Shown one piece after another: positions 38,253 to 51,500 of a stretch of DNA of 64,000 bases. The translations under genes and the position numbers were made by a program. Position 1 is the first letter of the stretch; each line of letters opens with the position of its first letter. The notes under the pieces were generated by a model that was not told where the DNA came from, searched no databases, and saw nothing but the letters and a program-made list of their open reading frames with translations. The stretch comes from Sphingobacteriaceae bacterium (GTDB taxonomy: Bacteria; Bacteroidota; Bacteroidia; Sphingobacteriales; Sphingobacteriaceae): NCBI GenBank assembly GCA_019751895.1, contig JAIEMU010000140.1, positions 1,819-65,818 of the forward strand. The letters are read 5' to 3'.

Positions 38253-38846
38253 TTAGTTTAGTAATAAAGGGAATCTTTCTAAAGCCATTTTTAAGGCCAA
38301 GCCAAATACACAAGCAGAAACAAATAGTGTCCAATCTGCTTTTTTAACTCTAAATAATCCGACTGTTATGCCGCAAACAAGTAATATAATGGCCACAAAT
38401 AAGAGCTGACCAATCTCTAAACCAAGGTTGAAACCAAATAAATTCCAACCGATGGATTGATCGTTGGTGAGCATAATTCGTATAGAGTTGGCAAAGCCCA
38501 TGCCGTGTATCAGTCCAAAGCCTAAGGCAAAGTAATAATTTAAGTTTAATGTGCTGTATATTAGCCTTTTTCTAATGATGTTGATAAATGCGGTAATGAA
38601 AATAGTGCAAGGGATTAAAAACTCAACCCATTTGCTCGAAAAACGAAAAATATCTAAACTGCTTAATACAAGCGTAAAAGAGTGCCCAATGGTAAAGGCT
38701 GTAACCAAAATAAAAACTTTTTTTAAATCTTTGTAATTGTAAACCGCAACCAAGGCAAGGATAAACAACTGATGGTCTAAGGCATCTAAACTCACAATAT
38801 GTGACCAACCTAATTTAAAATAAAATAAAAAATCGTTTAGCGGCAT
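38253..38846 (-). CDS. HupE/UreJ family membrane protein
   Basis: G..HI....DH.LF, TAFTIGHS, FGLIHGMGFA and FNLGLEIGQ motifs. Confidence 0.9.
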   Translation of the reverse strand: MPLNDFLFYFKLGWSHIVSLDALDHQLFILALVAVYNYKDLKKVFILVTAFTIGHSFTLVLSSLDIFRFSSKWVEFLIPCTIFITAFINIIRKRLIYSTLNLNYYFALGFGLIHGMGFANSIRIMLTNDQSIGWNLFGFNLGLEIGQLLFVAIILLVCGITVGLFRVKKADWTLFVSACVFGLALKMALERFPLLLN

Positions 38847-38865
38847 TTGTTAATGATTTATTAAG

Positions 38866-39441
38866 ATGTCTTTGCTATTTTTGAACGCTAAAAGTATATT
38901 TTTTTTTTTCACTAAACAAATTTTTATTTCGATGTTTTATTTGTATGCTAATTTGCTCGTCTCTTTCTTTTTAAATTTTGAATCCTCGAACATAAAAAAT
39001 AGGCACCCTCTACATGTGAGCTCAACCGATGTGGTTTACAATGCAAAAGAAAAAAGTTTAGAAATTAATTGTAAAATTTTTACAGACGATTTTGAAAACG
39101 CTTTGCGCAAAAATTACAAAACAAAAGTAGATTTGATAGGTGTTAAATTTCAAAAAAACATGGATGTTTTGGTTAAAAAATATCTAGAAACGCATTTGCA
39201 AATTGAGGTTAATGGGCATAAATCGGCACCAAATTATATAGGATTTGAAATTGACAATGAATCGGTTAGTGTGTATTTTGAAATTGACAATGTAAATTCT
39301 TTGAAAGAGTTGAAGTTTTCTAATACTATTTTGTATGACCTTTTTGACGACCAAATGAATTTAATAAATGTAGAAAATAACAATATCCGAAAAACAGCTC
39401 GCCTAGCTTACCCAAACAAATATCAAGTTTTATTATTCTAA
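38866..39441 (+). CDS. DUF6702-like exported protein (start may be ATG 38932)
   Basis: HPLHVS...F.DDFE.AL...N.IL...FDDQ.N. Confidence 0.75.
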   Translation: MSLLFLNAKSIFFFFTKQIFISMFYLYANLLVSFFLNFESSNIKNRHPLHVSSTDVVYNAKEKSLEINCKIFTDDFENALRKNYKTKVDLIGVKFQKNMDVLVKKYLETHLQIEVNGHKSAPNYIGFEIDNESVSVYFEIDNVNSLKELKFSNTILYDLFDDQMNLINVENNNIRKTARLAYPNKYQVLLF

Positions 39442-39536
39442 GTGTAACGAAAATGTTACACACAATTGTGGATAACTCTGAATATTTTTACATAAGTTTG
39501 TTTCTAGTTTAGGTTTATACTGAAATTTTAAAAGCT

Positions 39537-42500
39537 ATGAAGTCGTTAAAATCAATTTTGTTTGTGCTACTATGTTTAGCGGGAACAAGCGCTTTTGCGC
39601 AAACAATAACACCTGGGAACGTAGGCGCTGGTCCATACACTCCGGGTTCTGATTTAACAGTTCCAATCACTTTTTCAGGGCCTGCGATGGCAATAACTGA
39701 AACAATTGTAGTGTATCTTTCAGATAAAAACGGGAGTTTTGCAGTGCCTGGTCGAATTGGGGAATTTCCTACTTTTTATAGCACTTTTGTGAATACACAA
39801 CTTATTGGGGATACATCAGATGGAACGGGATATAAAGTTAAAGTGATACGCTCAAGTCAAGCAAATGTACCTGGGTTATTAACCGCTGCCCTTGCTGCTG
39901 CAACGGCTTCAAATTCTTTTACAATTAAAACCGGCACAGCGATTAATGTAAGCACTACAATCACGGACAGTAAATTCGTAACATCAAATTCAGATGTTTA
40001 TAGAACTAAATATGACGAAAACGCAACCTTTTCTATAAAACTTAATGCGCCAAATGGTTCAACAACCACGGCAACTTTGAAAAATGAGATTACAGGAGCT
40101 TCTACTACACATACTTTTGCAAGTACAAACTCAACGCTTAATTTTGAATCTGACGGTGCTCATTCCACGCTAAAGTTAACAACAACTTTAGGAGGAAATG
40201 TAGCTACAAAATCATATTTGCTCATAAATAATCCTCAAATCAACTCACTGAGTGTCGCTTCAGGAGCAAAACCTTGTTTACCTATTACACAAGCAGAAAT
40301 GATCATAAACACTGATCCTGGAGTAGGTGGTATAGGAAAAAATTACCCTGGAACCTATTATAATGTAGATTGGAGTGATTCCAAAGAAGCGAAAAACTAC
40401 ACTTTTCAACAATTAAAAGCAGATGGTGGGCGAATTAAATCAAATTACGAAAAATCTTCTTGTTTGTTCGATCCAGCTAATGGTTACCCAGTGAAATCAA
40501 TACCTACAAATCATCTTTTTACAGAAGATGGTCAGTCTCTTTCTACATTCGTAAAAGTGAGCGCTAAATCAACAACTAAAATTCAAACCGATACTAAGGT
40601 TTGCGTAAACCAGCCCGCAACATTTGAAAACAAGACAGTTCTTGAGGGAGATGCCGAAAAGCCAGGTTGTTTAAAGGATTATACATTTAGTTGGTATGAT
40701 GGAGCTACAAAAATTGGAGAAACTAAAAACAATGACCCTTTTACATATACCTTTACTACTAAAGGAGAAAAAACAATTACCGTAAAAGGTACTGCGTCTT
40801 CAACTTGTGATCCAGATGATTTTGTGTTTAAAATTTGTGCAGAGCAAGCTCCTTTAGCTAAATTTACAACAAGTAAGGCTTCGCCGATTTGTACGAATGA
40901 AGTTTTGACGATTACTGACTCCTCTACAACGGATAATACGTGTAGTGAGAAGCAAAAAAGAGAGTGGAGCGTTACGCCAAATGCGGGTTGGCAATTTACA
41001 GGTGGCACCGATGCTGCCAGTACGGATCCAAAATTTAATTTTACTGAGGCCAATATTTATACCATTACTTTAAAAATACCTGGCAATTTTTGTGCAGATG
41101 CTATTACAAGCACAATCGTTACGGTGAATACACCGCCTAAAATTTCGATGTCTGCCAATGCGAATGTATGTACTTTAGACCCACTTACTTTTGGCCCAAA
41201 CTCAGGAATTACCACTACAGCATTTTCAGGAACTGCTATTGAGGTGGCAGATACTTATACTTGGGCGGTTACGGGCGGTACCTTCTCTTTCACAAGTGGG
41301 AATGCGAACTCTAAATTCCCAACAATTAAATTCAACGAGTATAAGTCTTATACTGTATCGGTTACGCATAAAAACAATTGTGCCACCCTTGTTCAAACGC
41401 AAACCTTAACTTTTTTAAATGCTCCAAAAATAAGTGCAGGTAATGACATCGTAGTTTGTTCGGATGTTAGTCCTATACTTACTGGAGTGCAGACAGGTAC
41501 TTCTGTATCTGTTCAGTGGCTGGGCGGAGCAGGTAATTTTAATCCAAGCAGAAATCAGTTAATTACAACCTATACACCCACAGCTGCTGAAAAAGCAGCA
41601 GGAACAGTAACGTTGACATTACGAGCGAATACTGGTTTAGCAACGCCATGTAATATAATCGAAGATGAAATTAAAATCACGATTCGAGAAGAGAATTTGA
41701 TTACAAGCTCAGCAACCAAAACCATTTGTTCTGGAGAAAGTATAGCCTACACACCTACTGCACCAGTAGCCGGAAGTACTTTTGCATGGACGGCTTCTGT
41801 CACCTCAGGCGCTGCAAGTGGTTTTACCTCTTCAGGTACGGGAGCCATCAACGATGTATTGACAAATGTGGGTGCTACGCCTGCCGTAGTTACTTACGTA
41901 ATTAAGGCTACGGCAAATGGTTGCGAAGGCGCTCCATTTTCTTTTAAAGCAACTGTAAATCCTATTCCAGTTTTGTCTACTACTTCATACAGTGATACTA
42001 TCTGTAACAATGCCTCGCCAAATATACAAATGGCATCTACGGTTGCCAATACTACCTACACTTGGACAAGTGTAGCTTCGGCAGGAATTACAGGTAACAC
42101 CAATAACAACAATACTACAGGTAAAATTTCCGACCTATTGGTAAATTCGGGTACTGTGGCAGGAACCGTAACTTATACAATCACACCTTCAGTAAATGGT
42201 TGCGTAGGCTTGCCAAAAATACTTATTATCACCGTAAACCCAACTGCAGTGGTTGCCAATGCTGGGCCAAATCAAAGAGTATGTAGCACTTCAATGGCTA
42301 CACTTGCAGGAAACTCGGCATTGAATAATGTGGGGACTTGGACCTTAACATCGGGTCAAGCTGATGTGGTAATTAGTAACCCTAATTCAGAAAAAACCAC
42401 CGTTACAGGCTTGGTGAATGGAGAAACATACATTTTTAAATGGACGATTGATGCCGCACCTTGCGCAGCCTCTTCAAGTTCCGTAACCATAGAGGTGTAT

Positions 42501-45500
42501 GAAATTGAAAACAATAAAATTAGCACTACTGCAAAACCAACGATATGCAGTGGCGAATCTGTAACGATTACAGGTACTGCTCCAACTGGAGGAACTTTCA
42601 CGTATGTTTGGAGACAAAGCACAAATGATGGACTAACTTGGACAAGCATTGCTGGACAAACAGGTAAAGATTTAACCATTGTACCTACTACAACAACCTT
42701 ATATAGACGAAATGTTAACAATGGCAGTTGTCAAAATTCAAGCGAAGCCATTAAAATAACAGTTCAAGGGGCCATTTCAAATACCATTAGTCTTTCAGGT
42801 TCTCCTTGCGAACCAGGCTTAATTACAGGAAACACACCCTCAGGAGGAACAGGGTCATTTACCTATGCTTGGCAAAAAAGCGAAGATAATGGAGCAACTT
42901 GGTCTATCATTCCTGGTGCAACAGGGCAAGATTTTACACCCAATGCTATTTCTGTAATTACAAAATATCAAAGATTGGTATTAAGTGGTACTTGCGCCAC
43001 CAATACAAGTGTGGCAGTGACACAAAATCCAGTGGTAACGCTTCCTAATGCAGGTACAGACGAAAATATTTGTTTAGATGGTACACCGTTTTTTTTGAAA
43101 GGAAACCAACCTGCTTATGGTACAGGAAAATGGACAAAAACTGCGGGAGGGGGCACCATAACTTTTGTAAATGATACGCAATACAATACACGAGTTAATG
43201 GCATGATAGCGGGACAAACGTATAAATTTGTTTGGACTATTGGAGATGGCGCATCATGTACTAAATCAGATGAAGTAGAAATTACGACCAGCGCTCCTTC
43301 AACAGTCACTTCGATTACGAGTGTCAATACGACTACGGTTTGTAAAACAAATAATAGTGGAAGAATTACCTTAGGGGGTGTTTTAGGAACAGTGTCGCGT
43401 TGGGAAAGCTCAACCGACGGAACCACTTGGACATCGATAGCGAACACAACACCAACTTTAGATTATTCGGCATTAACCGTTACCACCAAATATAGAGGCG
43501 TAGTAAAAAGCGGAGTTTGCGATGAGGTGAAATCTGCAATTTTAGAAATTACGGTAAAAGACCCACCTCCAGTAGCAAATGCAGGTTTAGATCAAGTTTT
43601 GTGTAATAGCACCAGAGCGACCTTAAATGCTGTATCAGCAGGTAGTTATCAGGGTAAATGGACAGAAAAAACGGGTAACGCAGTTACAATTAGTAATCCA
43701 AATCAAAATATAACAACGGTTACAGGTTTGAAGCCGGGGATTAAATATATTTTTGAATGGGAAATAAAAGGAGCACCATGTGATCCAACAGCTGATTCGG
43801 TGACGATAATAGTGGAACGCGTAGAATCAAACACCATCAGCGTGGCTTCAAACGAGGTTTGTGAAGGTAATGGACCAATTACCATTTCTGGCTCAATCGC
43901 AAAATTAGCATCAGGTGTAACCAATATTTCTTATTTGTGGGAAAGTAGTTCAAACGGAACCACTTGGACGGCTATAGCGCCAGCAAGTGCAAATCCAAAT
44001 ATAACGATTACACCTACTCTTGGTGACATGTACTACCGTCGTTCGGCTTCAGAACAAGGCGGAGATTCTTGTTTAGACATTAGCGAAAGTTTAAAAATAA
44101 CTACTTTTTCTGCTATTTCGAATACAATTATTGACCCAGTAGCCAGTTGTGAAATTAAAGAAATAGTGGGAAATGCGCCAAGTGGTGGTGGAAGTGTAGG
44201 GGCTTTTACCTTTAGATGGGAACAAAGTGTAAACTCAGGCCCTTGGACCAACATAGATGGTGCAACTCAACAGAATTATACACCAGCTACCAATATCGAA
44301 AACACTAAATATCGTAGAATTGTAAAAAAAGGAACTTGTATCGAGTCGATTAGTAATGAAGCGATTGAAGAAGCTAAAATTACCATAGCGAATGCAGGAC
44401 AAGACAAAACAATTGTACTTGATTCAAATCCTTTCCGATTGGAAGGGAATACACCAGTTTTTGGCACAGGAAAATGGACTTTACAAAGTGGTCAAGCGGG
44501 TATCACTTTTACAGCAGATACGCAATCAAATACAATCGTAAGTGGAATGATTCCTGGTAAATCATATATATTTAGATGGACCATTTCTAATGGATCGTGT
44601 AGTAATTATGACGATGTTAATATTGTTACCGATGGTCTAACTGAAGGTGGAGTTACGTACACTAATGACCAAACCAATGTGTGTGAAGGCTCAAATAATG
44701 GAACTGTAAAATTAAAAGACTATATTGGAAGTGTTCTACGTTGGGAAAGTTCTACAGACAATGTAAATTGGACTGCGATTAGCAATACAAACACTGAATT
44801 GGTTTTTACAAATATAACGGCTACGACTAGATTTAGAGCGGTTGTAAGGAATGGCTCGGGTGTTCAAGCTAACTCAACGTACACAGAAATTGTTGTAAAA
44901 CCAAAACCACCGATAGCAAACGCAGGAGTGGATCAGTTTTTATGTAGTACAAATAAAGCAACCTTAAACGCTAACTCAGCAGGTTCGGGAGAAGGCGAAT
45001 GGACAATAGTAAGTTCAGAAACAACGGATTCAGGAATTGTAATCACCAATAAAGTTTTACACACAACTACGATAACAGGCTTAGTGGGAGGAAATACCTA
45101 TACACTTTTGTGGACAATTAAAGGCGATCCTTGCCAAGCAACAGCAGACTCAGTAACTATTAAATTAGATGAAATTACAAATAATATTTTATCTACAGCC
45201 AATACAACCGTTTGTGTTGGTTCAGCCCCTTTTGTAATTGAAGGTTCTACTCCACTTGGAATTACACCTGCACAAACTACTTATTCTTGGCAAAGCAGCA
45301 CAGATAATACTACTTGGACTGCTGTTGCGGGTTCTGACATTAATTTAACGGTTAATCCTACAATTACAACTTATTATCGTCGTACTGTAAGCAATGGGAA
45401 TTGTCAAAATATTTCAGGTTCGTTTAAAATTACAGTTTTACCAGTAATCACCAATACCATCAGTGCAGGCACTTCAATGTGTTCAGTTAGCACGATTCAA

Positions 45501-48500
45501 GGTGCTTTACCTACTGGAGGAAACAATGTGTATGATTATACTTGGGAGCAGAGTACCGACAATTCTACTTGGACAACTATAGCTGGCGCTACAAATGTTG
45601 ATTATTTGCCTTTGGCAAAACCAGTGTTAACCTATTATAGAAGAAAAGTGAAAAGCGGCAGCTGCGCAGAAAGTACTAGTAATACTATTTCTCAAAGTGC
45701 TACGCTGACTACTGCCAATGCAGGTTCGGATGAAACCATTTGTTTGACAGATGGAACTACATTTAGATTGAAAGGAAATAAACCAGAGGTTGGTTCTGGA
45801 TCATGGACTTTAAAAAGCGGTCCTTCAGCTGTAACTTTTGGAAGCAGCACTCAAACTAATACCACCATTGTGGGTTTACAGGCGGGTACATACGAATTTA
45901 CTTGGGAAATAACGAATGGCGGATGTGTTAGTAAAGATGATGTAAAACTCGTTGTAGAACCAATTTCTGTAGGCGGTACAACAACAGCAGTAGCGCCAAC
46001 CACTTTATGTGAAGGCACAAATTCAGGGATAATTAATTTGTCAGGGCACTCAGGTACAATTATCCGCTGGGAAAGTAGTACTAATAATGGTGGGTCTTGG
46101 TCGCCAATAGCTAATACAACAACAAGTTATTCTTACAGTAATTTAACCGCCACTACTCAATTTAGAGCGGTTGTGAAAAATGGACTTTGTTCGGAAACAT
46201 TTTCGAGTTCTTCAACTATCGTTGTAAAAGCAACTTTGCCAATTGCGAATGCTGGTTTAGACCAAAATTTATGTAGTGCTACAACAGCAACTTTAAATGG
46301 TAACGCAGCGGGTTCGGGTGTTGGAACATGGACCTTGTCTTCTGGACCAAGTTCAGGCGTAACCATTACCAATAGCAATTTAAACACAAGTACCGTTACA
46401 GGCTTGAAAGGTGGAAATACTTATGTCTTTGTATGGACGATTAGTGGAAGCCCATGTTTTGGAACAGCGGATTCGGTAACAATAAAAATAGATGAAATAC
46501 GAAACAATACAATTTCGACATTAAAAACCACGCTTTGTTCAAGTGCTGGTGCGGTTACTTTGTCTGGATCTACGCCAGTAGGTGTAAGCTCTCCAATTTA
46601 TACTTGGGAACAAAGTTTAGATGATACAGATTGGACGCCTGTTGCTGGTTCAGGAATTAATTTAACGGTTAATCCTACAGTTACAACTTACTATCGCCGT
46701 ATTGTAAGCAATGGTCCTTGTCAAAACGTATCGGGTTCTTTAAAAATAACGGTTTTAATGCCAATTATTAACACAATTACCTTAGCTACTCCGGGTTGTA
46801 CGGTAAGTACTATTTCTGGAAACCCACCTTCAGGTGGCGCAGGTGATTATGGTTTTATTTGGGAGCAAAGTATAGATAATTTAACTTGGACAACCATTGC
46901 AGGTGCTACAGGAAGTGATTATTTGCCGTCGGCAAAAACAGTGATGACTTATTACAGAAGACAGGTAACTAGTGGAGAATGTGAAAATAGCATTAGTAAT
47001 ACGGTCGCACAAAGTGCAACGGTAACTGAAGCGTTTGCAGGTGCAAATGAAACGATTTGTTTAGCAGACGCAGCTACTTTCAGATTGAAAGGTAACTCAC
47101 CTGTGGTTGGAACAGGCTTGTGGTCTGTGAAAAGTGGTCCATCAAGTGTAACTTTTGGAAACGACACTCAAAGTAACACTACCATTGGTGGTTTAATAGC
47201 GGGAACATATACATTCACTTGGAGAATAACAAGTGGCACTTGCGTTAGTCAAAAAGATATGGAACTTGTTGTAGATGCAATCTCTGTGGGTGGCACAACA
47301 GCTACTGCAGGTCAAACCATTGTATGTGAAGGCACAAATTCAGGAACGATTAATTTAACAGGACACACAGGTACAATTACACGTTGGGAAAGCAGTACCA
47401 ATAATGGTGGGTCTTGGTCGCCATTAGCCAATACAACAACAAGTTATTCTTATAGTAACTTAACCACCACTACTCATTTTAGAGCAGTTTTGAAAAGTGG
47501 AATTTGTTCCGAATCATTTTCTGCCAGTACGACCATCGTAGTAAAAGCAACTCCTGCGGTAGCCAATGCGGGAGCGGATCAAAATATTTGTAGCACAACT
47601 ACGGCTACCTTAAATGGCAATGCGGCAGGTTCTGGTATTGGAACATGGACAATTTTGTCGCAAACCACGGGCGGTTTTACAATTACAAATCCTAATTTAC
47701 AATCAACTACGGTTACAGGTTTAAAAGGCGGAAACACCTATGTGTTTTTATGGACCATTACTGGTAGCCCATGTGTTGCTACTGCCGATTCTGTAACGAT
47801 AATAGTAGGTGAAATTAGTAACAATTCTATTTCTACAGCAAAAGCTACCCTTTGTTCAAATCCAGGGGCAATTATCCTATCGGGTTCTACGCCAGTAGGT
47901 GTAACCTCTCCAATTTATACTTGGGAACAAAGCATAGACAATAGTAATTGGACGCCCCTTGCTGGCTCAGCAATTAGTTTAACGGTTAATCCTACAGCAG
48001 AGACTTACTATCGTCGTATTGTAAGCAATGGCGTTTGTCAAAACGTATCAGGCTCTTTAAAAATCACCGTTTTAGCTCCAATTGTTAATACAATTACGTT
48101 AGCTACTCCGGGTTGTGTAGTGAGCAATATTTCAGGAAACGAGCCTTCGGGTGGCGCAGGTGGTTATGGTTTTATTTGGGAGCAAAGCACAGATAATTTA
48201 ACTTGGACAACCATTGCGGGCGCTACAGGAAGAGACTATTTGCCGTCGGCAAAAACAGTGATGACTTATTACAGAAGACAAGTAACTAGTGGAGATTGTG
48301 AAAACAGCATTAGTAATACGGTCGCACAAAGTGCATCAGTAACCAAAGCACTTGCAGGTGCTGATGAAATAATTTGTTTAGCAGACGCAACTACTTTCAG
48401 ATTGAAAGGTAATTCACCTGCGGTTGGTGCGGGATTATGGACGCTAACTTCTGGTCAGACGGGAATAGGATTTGGAAGCAGTTCGCAATCTAATACCACC

Positions 48501-51500
48501 ATCACAGGTTTGACCGTGGGCACTTATACGTTTAAGTGGACAATTACAAGTAACGGATGTTTTGATGAAGATGAGGTAAATATTAAAGTAGATGCAAATT
48601 CTGTGGGTGGCATAACAGCTACTGCAGGACAAACCACGGTATGCGAAGGTGTAAATACAGGAACGATTGATTTAACAGGTAGCACGGGTTCAATTACCCG
48701 TTGGGAAAGCAGCACCAATAATGGCGTGTCTTGGTCGCCGATAGCCAACACGGTGCCAAATTATACCTATAACAATTTAACCACAACCACTCATTTTAGA
48801 GCAGTTTTGAAAAGTGGTGCTTGTTCAGAAACATTTTCAACGAGTACAACCATTATTGTAAAAGCAACCCCTGCGATAGCAAATGCAGGTTTAGATCAAT
48901 ATTTATGTGGCACTACTATCGCTACCTTAAATGCTAATGAAGCAGGATCGGGTATAGGAACATGGATAATTAAATCGCAAACTGCTGGCGGAGCTACGAT
49001 TACAAATCCTAATTTAAATACAAGTACCATTACGGGTTTGATTGGCGGAAACACTTACGTGCTTGAATGGACGGTAGCGGGTTTGCCATGTGCGAGTACT
49101 GCAGATACAATGACGATTAAAATAGATGAAATTAGCAACAATATATTAACAACGCCAAAAAGTTCGGTTTGTATTGGAACTGGTGCAGTAACTATTGTTG
49201 GTTCTGTAGCTTTAGGGGTAAGCTCTCCTACTTACATCTGGCAAAGTAGCCCTGACAAAACTGTTTGGACAAATATTTCTGGTGCAACAACGATTAGTTA
49301 TGCATTAACACCAACTGTTACGGCTTTTTACCGTCGTATAGTAAGTAATGGAACTTGTCAAAATACATCTGGACCTATCGAAATAAAAGTTTTAGACGCC
49401 ATCGTAAACACGATTAGTGTGCCACCGGTGGCCGTTTGTGCGCCAAGTACGGTTTCTGGAAACAATCCAACCGGCGGAACGGGTATTTATCAATATGCTT
49501 GGGAACAAAGTATTGATAATGGTGCTAATTGGACAGTAATTGTGGGCGAAACGAACAGAGATTATGTGCCTACTGCAATTACCAAAGACACTAAATTCCG
49601 TAGGCTTGTAACCAGTGGGGAATGTGGAGTGAGTATGAGTAATGAAGTTTCTCAAAATGCCGTACCTACTGTAGCCAACGCTGGTGCAAGCGAAACTATT
49701 TGCGTAGGAACGGCATTCAAATTGAAGGGGAATAAACCATTGGCAGGTACTGGTAAATGGACAAAAACAGCTGGTCCTGCAGGTAGTGCCTTCGTTGACG
49801 ATACTAAATTTGATACCGAAGTAACAGGTTTGGTAGGCGCTGGAACTTATACTTTTAAGTGGACGATATCAAGTGGCTCTTGTAGCACGAATCAAGAAGT
49901 GGTTATTACCACAAGTGCAGCCTCTGTGGGCGGTACCACAACAAGTACAGACCCTCAAACGGTGTGTAGTGGTGCGAACGCTGGAACGATAAGTTTAACC
50001 GGTCAAACTGGAAATGTAGTACGTTGGGAAAGTAGTACCGATGGAGGTTCTAACTGGATAGAAATTGCGAATTCAAATCTAAATTATAGTTACAAAGATT
50101 TAATCACAACCACGAGATTTAGAGCCGTGGTTAAAAATGGAGTGTGTTTAGCTACGAATTCTTCAGTAATTACAATTAATGTAAAACCAGTGCCTGTGGT
50201 TGCCAATGCAGGAATTGATCAAAATTTATGTAGTACTACAACAGCAACTTTAAATGCCAATTCAGCTGGGTCAGATGTAGGTACATGGACATTGCTTTCA
50301 GGGCCAAGTGTGGGTGTAAATATTACAAACATCAACTCTAGTACAACCACCGTAACAGGTTTAGTAAGTGCGCAAAATTATGTGTTTAAATGGACCATTA
50401 CAGGTGCGCCATGTGTGACTACAGAGGATACCGTGACCATAAGAATTGAAGAAATTACAAATAATTTATTAAGTACCGATAACCCAACTATATGTGCGGG
50501 TACGGGAGCTATTACGATAAAAGGAACTACTCCTGTAGGAGTTGCAAGTCCTATTTATATTTGGCAAACGAGTACGGATGCAATTACTTGGTCAAATATT
50601 CCAGGCGAAACAGGAGCTAATTATACACTTACACCTAGTGTAGGCGAAACGTATTTCCGACGAATTGTAAGTAACGGAAGTTGCCAAAACATATCAAGTC
50701 CTTTTATAATCAAAGTTTGGGGGCCCGTAGTAAATACAATCAGTGCGCCTACTGCATCATGTGTGCCAAATATAATCACCGGCAACTCTGCTTCTGGTGG
50801 TAGTGGTTCTTATGTTTATTCTTGGGAAAGTAGTACCGATGGAGGAACAACTTGGTCCACAATCGTTGGCGCTTCAGGCAAAGACTACTTGCCACCTACC
50901 ATTGCAGTAACTACGCAATACCGCAGAATAGTGGTCAGTGGCGAATGCGCAAGAACTGTAAGTTTCCCCGTTAGCCAAAATCCAACGGTAACCACACCGA
51001 ATGCTGGAGAAGATGAAATTATTTGTATAGATGGAACGGCATTTAAATTAAAAGCAAATCAACCGGTTACAGGTGTTGGAAAGTGGACGCAAATTAGCGG
51101 AGTAGCAGGAGCCGTTTTTACAGATGCTTCAAAACATGACACACAAGTATCTGGCTTGGTAGGTGGACAAGACTATGTTTTCAGATGGACAATTTCAAAA
51201 GCGGATTTATCTTGCCCTCTTGCTGATGACGTGAAAATTAAAACCTATTCTGTGTCTAAAGGTGGAACCACAGAATCGCTTGAGCCTAACAGTGTATGCC
51301 AAGGTGTAAACGCTGGAAAAGTAAACCTTACAAATTATGAAGGGGATATTTTAAGATGGGAAACCAGCACCGATGGTGTAAATTGGACAGCAGTCATACC
51401 TAACAATACCAACCCAATCCAAAGTTATTTGAATCTAAATACAACCACTAGATACCGTGCTGTGGTAAAAAATGGCGCTTGTAATGAAGCTTTATCTTCT

